Positions 12,941-25,869 of a DNA stretch of 64,000 nt are shown piece after piece. Under the pieces are notes generated by a model. That model searched no databases and was not told where the DNA came from. It worked only from the letters and a program-made list of their open reading frames with translations. The DNA is from Octopus bimaculoides (taxonomy: Eukaryota), in assembly GCF_001194135.2 (NCBI RefSeq), contig NC_068981.1, forward strand, positions 51,306,179-51,370,178, read 5' to 3'. The position numbers were made by a program, and so were the translations under genes. How positions within the stretch are numbered: the first letter of the stretch is position 1; the number at the start of each line of letters is the position of its first letter.

Positions 12941-15480
12941 CCATGATATCGTCTATCCTTAGTCCTGTCAAAATTTAATGTCATGTGCCTAAATCCAAAT
13001 CATTGATTTTATTTAATCAATAATATATATAAATACGTTGAGAAATAGTAGACTCCCAAGAAACAAGTGATTTACCTCAGCAAATAGTTTTCTGTCGCAC
13101 AGCGAATTAATTTATTCCACTATGTAATGTAAGATTTTTAGAGTAAAAATGCATGCAGGTAGGCACAAAAACCCACGTGGAATGTCTTGACAAACAATTC
13201 TTTTCGAAATCGTTAATCCTTCGACCCAAACTGCCAATTTTTTATTGCTTTTAAGTTGTCGACTAGCACCATATATTTTTATCAGTATCGTAGAGCCTCC
13301 GAAGTTCATGCATCTGATCTTCTAACCTCTTGACTAAGCCATAGAGAACAACACAAATCCTCATTTTCTCTTGATTGTTCATAGAATTCAAATGAGAATA
13401 TTTTGATGGTTGCACGTACCGGTCCTTGATGTGGACTTTCGATTACAGTGGGACATGTGAATTATTTGATGAAAAGACTAGGTATTAATCTGCATGACTG
13501 ACTCTACTCTCCCTTGTCATGTTAGTTCTGGGGATATTTCAATTTCGTATCTTCACTCTCTTCCAGCAGATGGACAGCAATAGGTTCAAATAAGGTTGCC
13601 TACAAAGGCAAACAGTTGGTAGCGATACTCGCCACTTCTTCGATCAACCAGCCGGGGGTAATTATGGTGTGGCTGACTGTAGAGCTTCACGCAGATGAAA
13701 GAAGTGAAGTCTATATATATATATTCAAATCTATATATACAGTTGACGCCGCTTAAGAGTAGATTCAGTGTTATTAGTGTTTGTTCAATCAAGAAACTCA
13801 GCCTGTGCAACCTATTTCGCAAGTAGACTGACAGTATCTTTTGTAGACATTAGACATTAGACATTAGATGCATTGTAGACGACTGTAAGTGGTACATATC
13901 ACACATTCATGTAGAAGAGATAATACACAGATTACCTGATGATTGACAAACGACAACTTGAGTATAGAGGCGGAGTAGTTTATTTGGAATGACCCCATTT
14001 TTGGTACATCCAACGGTTACAATGGCCTGTGTGAGGGATTAAGGAATGTGTGTAGTAAGAAGTTGTTAAGGTATACTGATGTATTTCAATTGAAAAGATT
14101 TGATTAATTGCTGCTGTTGAAACGAGTAAATAGGAAGGGAAATGGAAGATTGTGCATAACGTTAACAGATTAGCTCATTTTTATGAATGCTAACTAACAG
14201 ATCCATCCTCAAATACGTTGTAACAGTTGCCCAGTTGGTGGCGTACAGGACAACGTCTGAAATGTGAGCTACCAAAGCACAGTCATCAACATACTATATT
14301 TTCATATTCTCTTTATATCTAAGACAAGAAGTGGCCTGAAATATTTCCAACTTATAAGATTATAATTAGTCGTGATGCATTTTCCAGCCTTCTGCATAAA
14401 AACATGACTACATAGATTAGGAATTATTAAGTTTTACAAAAGGACGAAATCCTAGTTTTATGCTCACGTTCTCAGATTTCATCTCCCGACCATCCAGAAA
14501 ATTAGCTGGCTCAAAAATAAGTTAGGCGCCTTGTGAATGAATGTGGACATGATACCAAATTTTCTGAGAATATCGTACAGATGGCCCCTATTATGTTTGT
14601 TACAAGCTTTTGATAGTTCCACGCGGTCAGTGAGCAATTCCTAGCCTTCTTTCTTACAGTTCTGAACGTACCTTGCACAGAAGATTGGATCTACCACATT
14701 TTCGACCAAGTAAAAGACACATTACTGTAGTGGTGTAACGTTCTCCAATATGGATCGATGTAGTATTTGAAATATAGCCTTATTTAGGACTCTTCAACCC
14801 AAAGAAACGTAAGAAAAGGCAACACAGACACACATACAAATGTAAATGACCTCTTAGAAGGAGTAATCTGGTTATTCAGACTTTCTATATACCTAGTTAT
14901 TTCCAACGTCAGATATTCATCAAAGTTCTTTATTGGACTAATGGTAACCAACAATACTATCTTTCAAAATTTATTATAGAATTATTTTTATTAAAATTAC
15001 TAGTAGAGTGTGAGTCTACATGAAAGAGCAATGATGCAGGATCACACGGCTATGTCAATCTCACAACTATTAAATATATTTACGAGTATTTCTAGTCAAT
15101 AAATCACAGACTTTGTGTCGCAGAGAACACCCAGTGCTAATAGATGCAAAGGGATGGCCTCTGTATAGTTAACATACCACAATCAAACAAACTCGTCCTC
15201 AGTAGCACAAATATTCAATGGATAAAAGAATAACATAATAGAATATATTTGAATGGAAAAGAATACCAGAAAAGACTTTATTATCATATTACGATAGAGT
15301 GGTATTATACACATGATGTTAAATACTGAACATAGAGTGCACATAAGATAGGTAAGCAATAAACTAACACATTAAAGTGACGAGAAAATATTATTTATTA
15401 ACAGCATATTGCTCTCCTGCTACTCTCTTAATCTCTGTATCACATTCCCACTCCTTTACTTTCCTTTAATTTCTCTTCCT

Positions 15481-15668
<188 letters not shown>

Positions 15669-18264
15669 ACAGACATATATATATATATGTGGATATTATG
15701 TGCATATATGCATATGTATGCAAGTAAACGTATCTTACCAAATTGTGTGTGAGGGTTATCTTCACTGTCCTCTACACAGTTTAGACTTGAACAGGGTAGT
15801 AAGAAAACTTTGTTCTTAGCTTAGTTCAGTCAGGTAAAACAATACTGCAATCACCAACCCGGTTGCAGATGACTTGTCAAACCATGTATGATACGGAAGA
15901 GAATACGTTTAAAGCACTGTCTTGAAATATAATAACATTTCAATCCATGCTGAATACGTTCTGGTAAACGTGAAAATTCTGATTACTATTGTGTTTCGCC
16001 AACAAACATCTTCTACTCGTTTCAGATGTGTATTCATAACACATGCGATTCCTGAATGTAAAGGAATTTGAGTGTTATCACCATGTCTCGACCTCATTGA
16101 GCTGCTCCCTACAGTACTTTATACGTATAAATTGACACACATCACAAATTACATTTCAATAATATAGACCCAACACTTGCATATTTGCGAAAGTCTCGAT
16201 TATAGAATAACCACATGAAAAATTCTCATTACAGATGTTAGCTGTCGCAATCGTAACACATCAGCCTTTTGATGAATTGTATAGACCCTGGCGTTGGAGT
16301 CTATAAATATCGACGATGATTTGTATATATCTCAACAGAACGCAATTGATTATATAGTAGAAGTTTGGACCTACTTTGCATTTTTGTTAATTTTATGCCC
16401 CGTCATTATCACAGTCGATCACTGAGCTTCCCTACAGAGTAATCGGATCAAATAAACACAACGATCTGCCTTCGACTCTAGGCTTTCATCCTCAGAAGTC
16501 ACACTACCCAAATATCTAAAGATATTTACCATGTTTACAGTTTTTTTTTTTTTTGTGTGTGGTTAGAATTTTCAGACATGCATGTTCCAACACATTGGGC
16601 TTATGTTGAATCAAAAAGTCAGTTTTTTCAGTGGGATTTGAGAGGTTTTTGTGTCTTGGTTTGTTTTGCTTTGTTATGCTTGTATTTTTTTGTACATTTC
16701 AGGGCAGTTTTAAAGCTATCACCATACATTCAGTAGCTCATTCTCAAAAAGATATGTTAAAGGTAATAAACATTACTATTACTTTGATCTTAACACAAAT
16801 CGTAGACTTGTACGGGCATAAACTTCACCTGTTACTTCGCTCAATATGTTTTCAACCGTGAAACCCAATAATAATAAGGCTGCATTGAAGTGATTACCTA
16901 GATGTCTTACTCACTAAGAAAGAGTCCAAACTTTCTACCCCATGAGATTTCCGAGTAGTTATAGCATGATAGTTCTGTTTGACTCTGTTCACAAATTTTT
17001 CCATACACCAATATCTTTAGATGGGTGACCTTAATGTGTCGCCTTCTACACTTTAGAAATCCATCTTGAAGGCGCAGGACACAATGGAAATTTGGACGCG
17101 CTTTCCTGTGCCCAAACTCTGAATGTTTTCGCATAGAAAAAGTCATAAAATTCTAGACGAGGAAACCTCCACTGACTTTCAGGAAGAATTCACTCGGATA
17201 GATTCATGTAATTGCTTGAACAATATTTTTTCCGAGCCTAAGAGAACGTAAACCCCGCGGTTATCTCTACATCCCTATCAGTATCCCTTCCGCTGGTAAA
17301 CGGTGATTATGTGTGCAACCTTGAACTGTTGGAGATGACTAATATATTTTTAAGAATTTGAGTATGCTATGGCGTAGTTTCTTTTGTTGCAAGGCATTCA
17401 AGTCTCTAAGTTGACCGGGAGATTACTGTATATTCCCTCAACGGAAAACAGATTCATAACACTTCTCTTTTTTAGATCCATTCGATCTCAATATTTCAAC
17501 TTTTAGAAACTTGACCCAGAAAACAATACATATATAGCAGTTGCATGGAAAGAAAAGTGCCATTATTTAACCATCAGAATTCAAGCTAAGAAATCCATTG
17601 ATATGCTACATCTGTTCACGTCGTTGTCTCTTCATCGTCATAGTGTTTGAGGCTTTTGTTTTTGAGGTGTAAATAAAATGTTGGTGGTATTTACTGATAG
17701 TGTTTTACTGACCTACCTTTACATGGTTTTGTTTATAGTGGCATTGCTTGTGCAGCACAATGCACACTCTTTCCATCAAAAAAGCATTTACCTGTACTGG
17801 TGCAGAGTGGGCCACGTGTCAAATGCTAAATCGATCGGAATTTCAGATCAAAATGGCCTTCCCCTAGGCTAGTTGCACAAAAGCTACAGAACCCAGTCTG
17901 CCTCATGAGTAAGAACTTATGACGATAACCATTGTCACTTGAACGTAGCGGGGAACCTACAAATATTTCTAAGATCAGTCATATGATTATCCTCTGCCAA
18001 TAAAACCCTATTCAAAGCATATACTTATTTGAGCCATGAACTCCCAATAAAAATAGGGCAAACTTCAAAGACTATTCAGAAACAGAACAGCTGCGACATA
18101 AGCCACGCCTTTCTATTTCAAATCTTTGAAAATCAGTGTAAATTGTGAGATCGGTTAATTATTTAAATACAATGATAAAAATATATTAACTATTCTCAGT
18201 CCAACTTCAACTTCTGCTTTTTCCTAGATTTCTACCCGAATAAAGTAATGTATATATATATACA

Positions 18265-18349
<85 letters not shown>

Positions 18350-18729
18350 GTATGTGTGTGTTTGTGCATATATATGTATATGTATATACATATAAATTTA
18401 TATATATATGTGTGTGTATCAGTAAACTTTCACTAAATCGCTTATTGGGGGCCTATGTATTGAAAGATTAGATTTCGTTAGATTAGATTGGGGTAGGATT
18501 ATAATAACAATAGAAACTCTAACTGCATCAACCCACATGCCTATCAGCTCATTTTGGTAAATCTACAAACGGCAGAATTGCACCAAAACAAAGTAAATAC
18601 GAATGAAAATCAAAGGAAATAGGAATACAGACAAAATATCTATTGAAGTCAGTGTGTATTTACTTACAGCAGAAAATCAGTAAAGTTTTGTATTGTACAA
18701 GTATTATATCTCAATCTAGTAGTAATAAC

Positions 18730-19010
18730 AGATTGAAGATTATCGGATTTGAGATGGCCAATGAATAGCAGTATTTAGAGAATTCAACGAGTGGCATATT
18801 TTATTTGTAACATCATAGAAGACTCGAGTTCATGTGAGGAAATGATCAATAGGTTTCTTTTGAATGAATAGAAAGGTTTTATAAGCAAGAAGAGAAAAAA
18901 TTGGATGAGGACATTCATGCGATTTCCAAAGGGAATGACAATGTATGTGAAGTGAATTAGCTTCAAAAGAAGCGCAATACGATTCACGCAGTTAACTCCT
19001 CTGGAAGTTA
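18730..19010 (+). mobile_element. Possible degraded apurinic-type endonuclease region of a LINE
   Basis: AAGATTATCGGATTTGAGATGGCCA reads KIIG.(E).RWP with a frameshift, resembling DI.G.SE.RW of RTE/L2 endonucleases; downstream motifs are faint. Confidence 0.3.
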
Positions 19011-19343
19011 ATACTTACTCTACGTCGCTTTCTATTATACGAATAAACTGAAAGTTAAAATCGGGTTGAGATGTTGGAAAAGGCGACAACTAATTTAACA
19101 ATTACCCCATCCATTCAGCAGTATTCATGCACATATACATTATAACGTGTGTCCAGCGTAACAATTCCACCTGTCTAAAGGACGGCGAATACTCGAAGCA
19201 GTGAAAATTTGAGTCGTAATATAAGAAGCTTTAGTTTTTAATAAAACATACAAACTGCCCTTTATGAACTTAGAACTTGACCCGTTGTTAAATTCAAACA
19301 GTTTATTTCTGGTACTGCAACCCCCCCTCTCTCTCTCTCTACT

Positions 19344-19401
<58 letters not shown>

Positions 19402-19716
19402 AATATTTCAAAGGTTAAGAGGTACACATAAGAAGATATATATTGAAAAAAAATAAGGAACAGAAGAAAATGTTGAAGGGCTTTGCCTCAGAAAACGGAA
19501 CGCGCATACCCCTTCATACTGGAATGAAATGAAATAGAAATTGAAAAATATTAAAATTTCATGATACACAGTTCTACATATACAGGATACAAAAAGAAAA
19601 CTTCCAGTTTTACCATTATTGTTCAACATTTCAACAACAAATGCGCGTTGTATAGAGATATAGGCAATGATTGCACGATGATGAATTAGCTATAGGAGCA
19701 CATACATAGCTATATA

Positions 19717-20980
19717 CAGCCTTGGCCAAAAGTATTAGAGCCCCCCCCCCACACACACACACAGACACACACACACTGTTTTTGGGTTCTGCTATCTCAA
19801 TGTTAATGAAACTAGTGCACATGGTAGATTATGGTATACTTCACAATATTCATTATTTTTAATATTTAGTTGACCCTCTTTTAGCATCAATTACCGCTTT
19901 TATACGGTTAAGCATTGAATCAACTAGTTTCTTGCAGGTGCTAGGCGCAATTTTACTCCATTCTTCTCTCAACTGTTGGTACAAATGCTCTTTATTTTTC
20001 ATTGTTGTGTTCCTGAGAGCTTCGTCAGGAGTTCACCATAAGTATTAGATCGGATTTAGATCGGGACATTGAGCTGACCAGTCCATGGGAACAATAATTT
20101 GTGTCTCAGGACATTGACGAGTATTCGTTTCTGTATGACATGGAGCGTTGTCCTGTTGAAAGATACTCCTGGATGCAATTTAGCAAATGATGGCTCTGAA
20201 ACATCCGATGACAAAGAAACATAGGTAGCTGAATTTATCCTTCCCTGATATAAAAACATTTCTCTGGGTCCTGTGGTAGACATGCAGGCCCAGACCATGA
20301 TAGAACCATCCCCATGTTTCAAGCTTTGTACCAGGCATTCAGCCTTAAATGCTTCCCCAACTCTGTGACGGACGAAAGTTGCAACAGATGTACCGAAAAC
20401 CTGAGTAAAAACATGAAAAATATTAGTTTTATGTTGGATACATTTTTTTTTAATATTTTGCGCCAAAAACTAGTTACATTAAGTTTATATGTTGATTGAA
20501 TGCATGTACTATCTTAACTCATAGTTACTTTGATCAGACCATATGACTTTCGACCATTGCTCACTGGTCCACTTTGAGTGGTTTTTGGCCCTCCGAAGAC
20601 ATTTTTCCATATTCGATTCAGAAACCCATGGCTTCTTCCTGGCTTTACAGTTTTTCAGATCGTACTCTACAAGCTTTCTTCTAATAGCTCTGGTTGATAT
20701 TTGTGTAGTACTTGCCTCGTTGAAGTCCGCACAGAGCTCCGACGATGTTTTTCTACGGATGATGGTTCTGATATATATATGTATATATACATATATAAAG
20801 TAGTTTATGCTGTCAACTTAATGTGACAGCCCCATGAATGGAATAATACTACTGCTTTTTAGCCCTATGAAGCTGCACCGCTTTCTGTCGACCTTGACAC
20901 ATTTCTTGTGTCCTTATATTTACACTGCAACCAGCTGAGCCTGCATCCAGAGACATGTTTCTGAGTCTTTGCTCGTCATC
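19717..20980 (-). mobile_element. Tc1-family DNA transposon A (defective transposase, one TIR retained)
   Basis: TA followed by the Tc1-type end CAGCCTTGGCCAAAAGTATT at 19717. Minus-strand translation gives KARKKPW, WSKVIWSDQS, CLVQSLKHGDGSIMVWACM, GRINSATY, DWSAQCPDLNPI*YLW and AVIDAKRGSTKY* (stop at 19859-19861). Many stops and frameshifts; a (TA)n insert lies near 20770. Confidence 0.92.
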
Positions 20981-21043
20981 AGTCACACACACACACAAAC
21001 ACACACAAACACACACACACATACACACATAGACACACACATG

Positions 21044-21082
<39 letters not shown>

Positions 21083-21083
21083 A

Positions 21084-22320
21084 CAGGGACAAAATAATGA
21101 AAACACCTAGCATCATAGCATCATGATTTTGAAATATCAATAAAACCGTCAAAAGCTTGTTCATTTTTATGTTTTTTGATTTATTATTAGTGCTGCGTAA
21201 TATGTTTTGCTAAAATTGCTGTTTCTTTTCAGATATCATCAGAAAAAGGCAATTGTAATTCATTAAAATGACAGATTTATCGGACTTTCAAAGAGGTCAA
21301 ATAGTTGGTGCATGTATGGCAGGCACTAGCGTAAAGAAAACAGCCGAAATGTTTGGTGCATGAAGACGCACTGTCTCGAAAGTAATAACAGCCTTTGAGA
21401 AAGAGGGAAAAACCTTCTCATCGAAACAAAACTCCGGAAGAAAACCAAAACTTTCAAATAGGGACGATCGGACACTTACGCGACTTGTTAGAAAGGATCA
21501 CTAAAGTACAACTCCTATAATTACTGCATAGCTTAATGACCACCTCCAGAACCCACTTACCACAAAAACTGTACGCCGGGAGCTGCAGGAAGCCAGATTT
21601 TACGGAAGGGTGGCAATCAGAAAACCACTACTTTCAGAAACAAACGTTGAGAAGCGGTTAGAGTGGAGTAAAAACCTACAGATTTCATCCCTAGAGCAGT
21701 GGAAGAATGTTATTTTTTCGGATGAGTCATCCTTTACCTTATTTCCGACGACTGGCCGAATATACGTGTGGAGACAGCGAAGAGAAGCATTTGACCCAAA
21801 CTGCCTTCTTCCAACTGTTAAACGTAGAGGAGGATCAGTGGAAATCCGCTGGCCCTTCATGGCAGAATTAATAGTCAAGACTATTTCAGCATTTTATCTG
21901 ATCAAATTCATCCTTTGGTTGTAGAACTGTTTCCGTAGGGAAACGATATCTTTCAGGATGATAATAACGCACCAATTCACACGGCTAAAGTTGTTACTGA
22001 ATGGCACGAGGAACATTCCAGTGAAGTTGAATATTCTATCTGGCCACCACAGTCCGCAGATCTCGATATTGTTCAACATATATGGTGCATTTTAGAAAAA
22101 CAAGTAAGGATTCGATATCCTCCACCATCATCACTGCAAGATCTGGAGACTGTTTTAGCTGACGAATGAACAAAAACTACTTTGGAAAAAATTCAAACTT
22201 TGTACGAGTCCATACCTCATAGGATTCAAGTTGTAATTACTACAAAAGGTGGTCCTACAACATATTAAAATAAATTTGTTTGGAATTTTAAGGTGTTTCA
22301 ATTATTTTGTCCAAACTCAG
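21084..22320 (+). mobile_element. Tc1-family DNA transposon B, near full length with both TIRs
   Basis: GGACAAAATAATGAAAACACC (21087-21107) is an imperfect inverted match to GGTGTTTCAATTATTTTGTCC (22292-22312); the element is preceded by TA and encloses a transposase pseudogene. Confidence 0.95.
21268..22268 (+). pseudogene. Tc1 DD34E-type transposase pseudogene
   Basis: MTDLSDFQRGQIVGA...SGRKPKLS...WKNVIFSDESSFTLFPTTGRIYVWR...CLLPTVKRRGGSV...IFQDDNNAPIHTAK...WPPQSADLDIVQHIW...YESIPHRIQVVITTKGGPTTY*. It has in-frame stops, a deletion after GGSV, and the catalytic E position reads Q. Confidence 0.95.
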
Positions 22321-22779
22321 CTTAACGCCCGTATAACATGTAATAATGTAATAATTAGAAATGCTATCAGCCTTTACTGTACATATATCAATTATATTTT
22401 TTCTGAGGCATTACTATTCAAATGGAGATACTTTGCTCCTTTAGATACAATTGTGCTTATTGATATCAATCAGATGCTTGCTACTGGAAGAAATATGACT
22501 TACTCATTGTATATTACGTATTACCTTTTGTGTATTATTAGTTTCATTATAGGTGAAATTGAGTATGCTGTCATTATTCGATTCAATTAATTCATATGAG
22601 TTTGGTTTGGGACTAGTTACCTCCATAACAATATCTTCCACAGGCTTTCTATAGTTATCACTCCTATTGTTAGCCAAACAATTATTTATTATTTCGCTAG
22701 AGTCATGCATATTATATTACACCATATCCGTATAGTTATTATTACCACCAGTCGTATCATTACTAATAATATTAATTTT

Positions 22780-24135
22780 ATTGTTTGTGTTTACTAGGTT
22801 CCTATTAGTGAATTCACTAACCCTCCTAAAATTGTGTGCTGCAATATGTAATTTGCGCTAGGTTCCGACTTGTGAAAGGGAAAACTTAATCATGTGCCGA
22901 TTTAAATTCTGTCTGTACTTACTAGATTATCAAAAGTGCCTATCTAAAAAATATCGCAGGTATGTTTGTGGCTGTTTGTAATCCGAAAACTGCATTATAC
23001 CATAATATGTGTAGATTTAGCTTTTCTTATGTAGGTGGGGGCAGTTTTTGTCAACAGCCCCATTTTTATTATACGTTTTCGTAAAAGAACTATTATTACG
23101 TTTATTATGAAGTTCACTTACAATTATAACGTTATCTATTATGTGACTATTGTTATTCTGATTTTTGAATAGTAACTGGAAATCACATTTTCCTTGCTTT
23201 ACGTTCACCTTTTCTTTTGATTCACAGCATAAATCTTATTCATAAGTTGTTTGATTTTAATTTTAGAGATATAAAATAATTTAGCACTATACACAGCTTC
23301 AGCTAGGACTTTATTGTCGTACATACATACATATACCCAGACCTATTACCCATTTTCTTTAGGAGCGGGTAGCCACAATCAGGCATCCCATTCATTTACC
23401 AGCTCAAAGAGGTGAGTCCCGTCTTATGCTCAGGTCAAGGCATAGAACGGAAGCCCCTATATCAGCAGCAGGGCCCGACAGCATATGATGGTTTACCGCT
23501 GCCGCATCATGCTGGTTCTGTACTCCTTTGAGAAACATCAAATTCATTCATCCGTCCACAATCGTCTTCAAGCATTCCTATCATTTATAAATTCCCTTGT
23601 CTCTCTCACTCCAACACCTCTAACCATCAAAGCTTTCCTCACTCCATCCATCCACACTAACTGACTTCTGATTATGGTTCCCCTGCCTACCACTTCTGAC
23701 TTCATCACTCTCCTTACCACCCGCTACTCATCCATCATCTCCATGTGGCCAAACCACCTCAACATTCGTCTATCCATTATTATCGTACGTTTTATTATTC
23801 TTGAATATCACTTTATTAGCAAATATTCTAGGTATTAGAAGGGAAATATCTTTAACGATAGAACTACTAATATTTTTAGGATAACTTAAGCTTTTGCATA
23901 CGTATTTAAAGTTATCGCTGTGTTTCCGGTATGCTTGGTAAGTTTCCGTACTCAAAACCAAATTAATATCGAGAAAATGCACATTTTCAGTGGATATAGT
24001 CGGACATAGATCCTTAAATAATCCTAACAGTTTTTTTCCAAGATCTCTTTGTGTGTATATTATTAGATTTTTATACAGTAAAGAGAGGGTCATCCCTATA
24101 TAATTTTCCCTACCACAATTCCAAATGTTCATTAT
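22780..24135 (-). mobile_element. Penelope-like element remnant 1 (RT thumb, linker and degraded GIY-YIG region), interrupted by an RTE insertion
   Basis: ORF 23770-24132 contains VHFLDINLVLSTETYQAYRKHSDNFKYVCKSLSYPKNI...RIFANKVIFKNNKTYDN, matching the Penelope RT C-terminus (V.FLD..F.L.T..Y.PYRKP.D...Y....S.HP..I). The frame continues as YDNKVLAEAVY on the other side of the insert. The distal part (22780-23200) is heavily decayed. Confidence 0.7.
23323..23776 (-). mobile_element. 5'-truncated RTE-clade LINE (ORF C-terminus, 3' UTR, short (TATG)n tail) with 12-bp TSD
   Basis: Minus strand reads MLRWFGHMEMMDE*RVVRRVMKSEVVGRG...WMDGVRKAL...DRNA*RRL, the typical RTE LRWFGHV.RM motif. Flanked by TTATTGTCGTAC (23311-23322) and TTATTATCGTAC (23777-23788). 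Confidence 0.88.
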
Positions 24136-24961
24136 TCACGCGTTTTAAAACATAAATCCCCACTAAGTCCTCTACCTGAACGGAATAATTAGAACCCATG
24201 GTAATGTCAGGCAGACCAGGTCTACATTACCTTACACAGTATTTTCTTTCAAATTTAATTATAGAGTTTCTAGTAGTCAGTATAATAACTTTTTCGTGTT
24301 TAGATAAGCTTGCGTTTCTCAGTGCGAATAGTAACGTTTTATTAATTAAAACTGAATTAACCAATGTATAGTTATTAGATATGTCTAACTGTATGAATTT
24401 AGTGTGTTTTTTATCTTTGATATCAGTAAACTAAACTATAACTTCATACGAACTACACTATAAGTTAAGTTTAATTAAATTTCTAAGTTTGGGTATATGT
24501 CTGTCTATAATAAATTTACCAAATCTGTCTATATCCGATTTGGAGGCGCATGTAAGTTTAACCAAGAGATAAGCAGTAAAGTTAGGCTAGTAGTCTGCCA
24601 GGTCAATTCAGGAAGTTTTAGAGAGGTAAAGGTCTGTTCAACCTTCTAAATACAATCTCTCCACGATTCTCTTTGTTTATAAAATCATATTTAATAGGTT
24701 ATTTTCGGAAGTATTTTAAATTTTTTTCAGAATTTCTTTTCTAGTTAGAGAGGAATATGGATTATAATCTAAGTGGTATATATTGCAGGTTTTATACGCG
24801 TGTACTGGAATTCCAGATTAATTTATCACTTACCTATCAAAGTGATAAGTTCGCCATTGCATGCGGCTTATAAAAGAGTAAGTTTTGTCAACAAGATATT
24901 TTCTTTGTTCTTTTTGGGATGATAATGTAATGTCTTAAAGTTTTCTTCTATATATACATAC

Positions 24962-25869
24962 GTGTGTGTGTGTGTTAAATAAAATGAGACAAGAAAGCCA
25001 AGGCAGTGTGAAATTTTTAGGACATTTATAAAGAGACAGGTAGTCTTACAGCTGTTTCAGAGATATGAAAGTATTCCATCATCAGAGACGATATGAGAGA
25101 GATAAATAAAAGGAAATAGTAGAGTTCAATATAAGAAGTTATTTTGAAAAGGTAGAGATATAAGAGGTATAAAAGGAAATACAAGAATGAAAAAAATTTA
25201 TAAAAATATATGTTGCTGTTCCATTATCCAAGAATATGATGTGTAGAATGGTATGTAAATTCCGATAGAAGCTCATAATTTGTTATTACAAGTGGATAGT
25301 GTGCAAATATTCATTCCTTGTGCTGTTCATTCAAAGGGATCTTGTAGTGTAAATGAAATTTTGAGAATATACAGGTAGTGAAAAGTAGATAGAGAGAAAA
25401 GAATAGATAAGTATGCTAGAAGGAAGATAGGCATGCTAGAAGGAAGAAAAGTATGTTAGAAGGAGCATAATTATCTATTCTCCTCTGTCTATCTACTTTC
25501 CCCTAACACTATATTCTCAAAATTCATTTGAATGAACCGCACATGGAATTAATATCTGCCTCTTTACCCATTCTAAACAGCACATTCCTTGGATAATGGA
25601 ACAGCAATTTTAACATTCAACATATATTTTTATATTTTTTAAAATTTATATTTCCCTTTATACCTCTTATATCTCTACCTTTACAAAATAACTTCTTATA
25701 TTGAACTCTACTGTTTCCTTTTATTTAACTCTCTCATATCGTCTCTGATAGTGGGATACCCCTCATATCCCTGAAACAACTGCAAGACTACCTTTCTCTT
25801 TATAAATGTACTAGAAATTTCACACTGTCTTCGGCTTTGTTGTCTCATTTTATTTACACACTCACACAC
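24962..25869. repeat. ~900-bp foldback (long imperfect palindrome), probably a non-autonomous element
   Basis: Left arm ~24962-25416 is the reverse complement of right arm ~25465-25869 over most of their length, e.g. TAAATAAAATGAGACAA / TTGTCTCATTTTATTTA and GTAGAGTTCAATATAAGAAGTTATTTTG / CAAAATAACTTCTTATATTGAACTCTAC. The ~50-bp spacer has about three copies of ATG(C/T)TAGAAGGA. Confidence 0.93.

Noticed and set aside
14645-14715. Strong acceptor-like CTTCTTTCTTACAG followed by a ~50-nt candidate exon
   Set aside because: Weak donor (CAA|GTAAAA), no recognisable peptide and no partner exons.
16890-17260. Possible mariner/Tc1 C-terminal remnant on the minus strand
   Set aside because: Only vague resemblance (YDFFL); no TIR or catalytic motif could be read.
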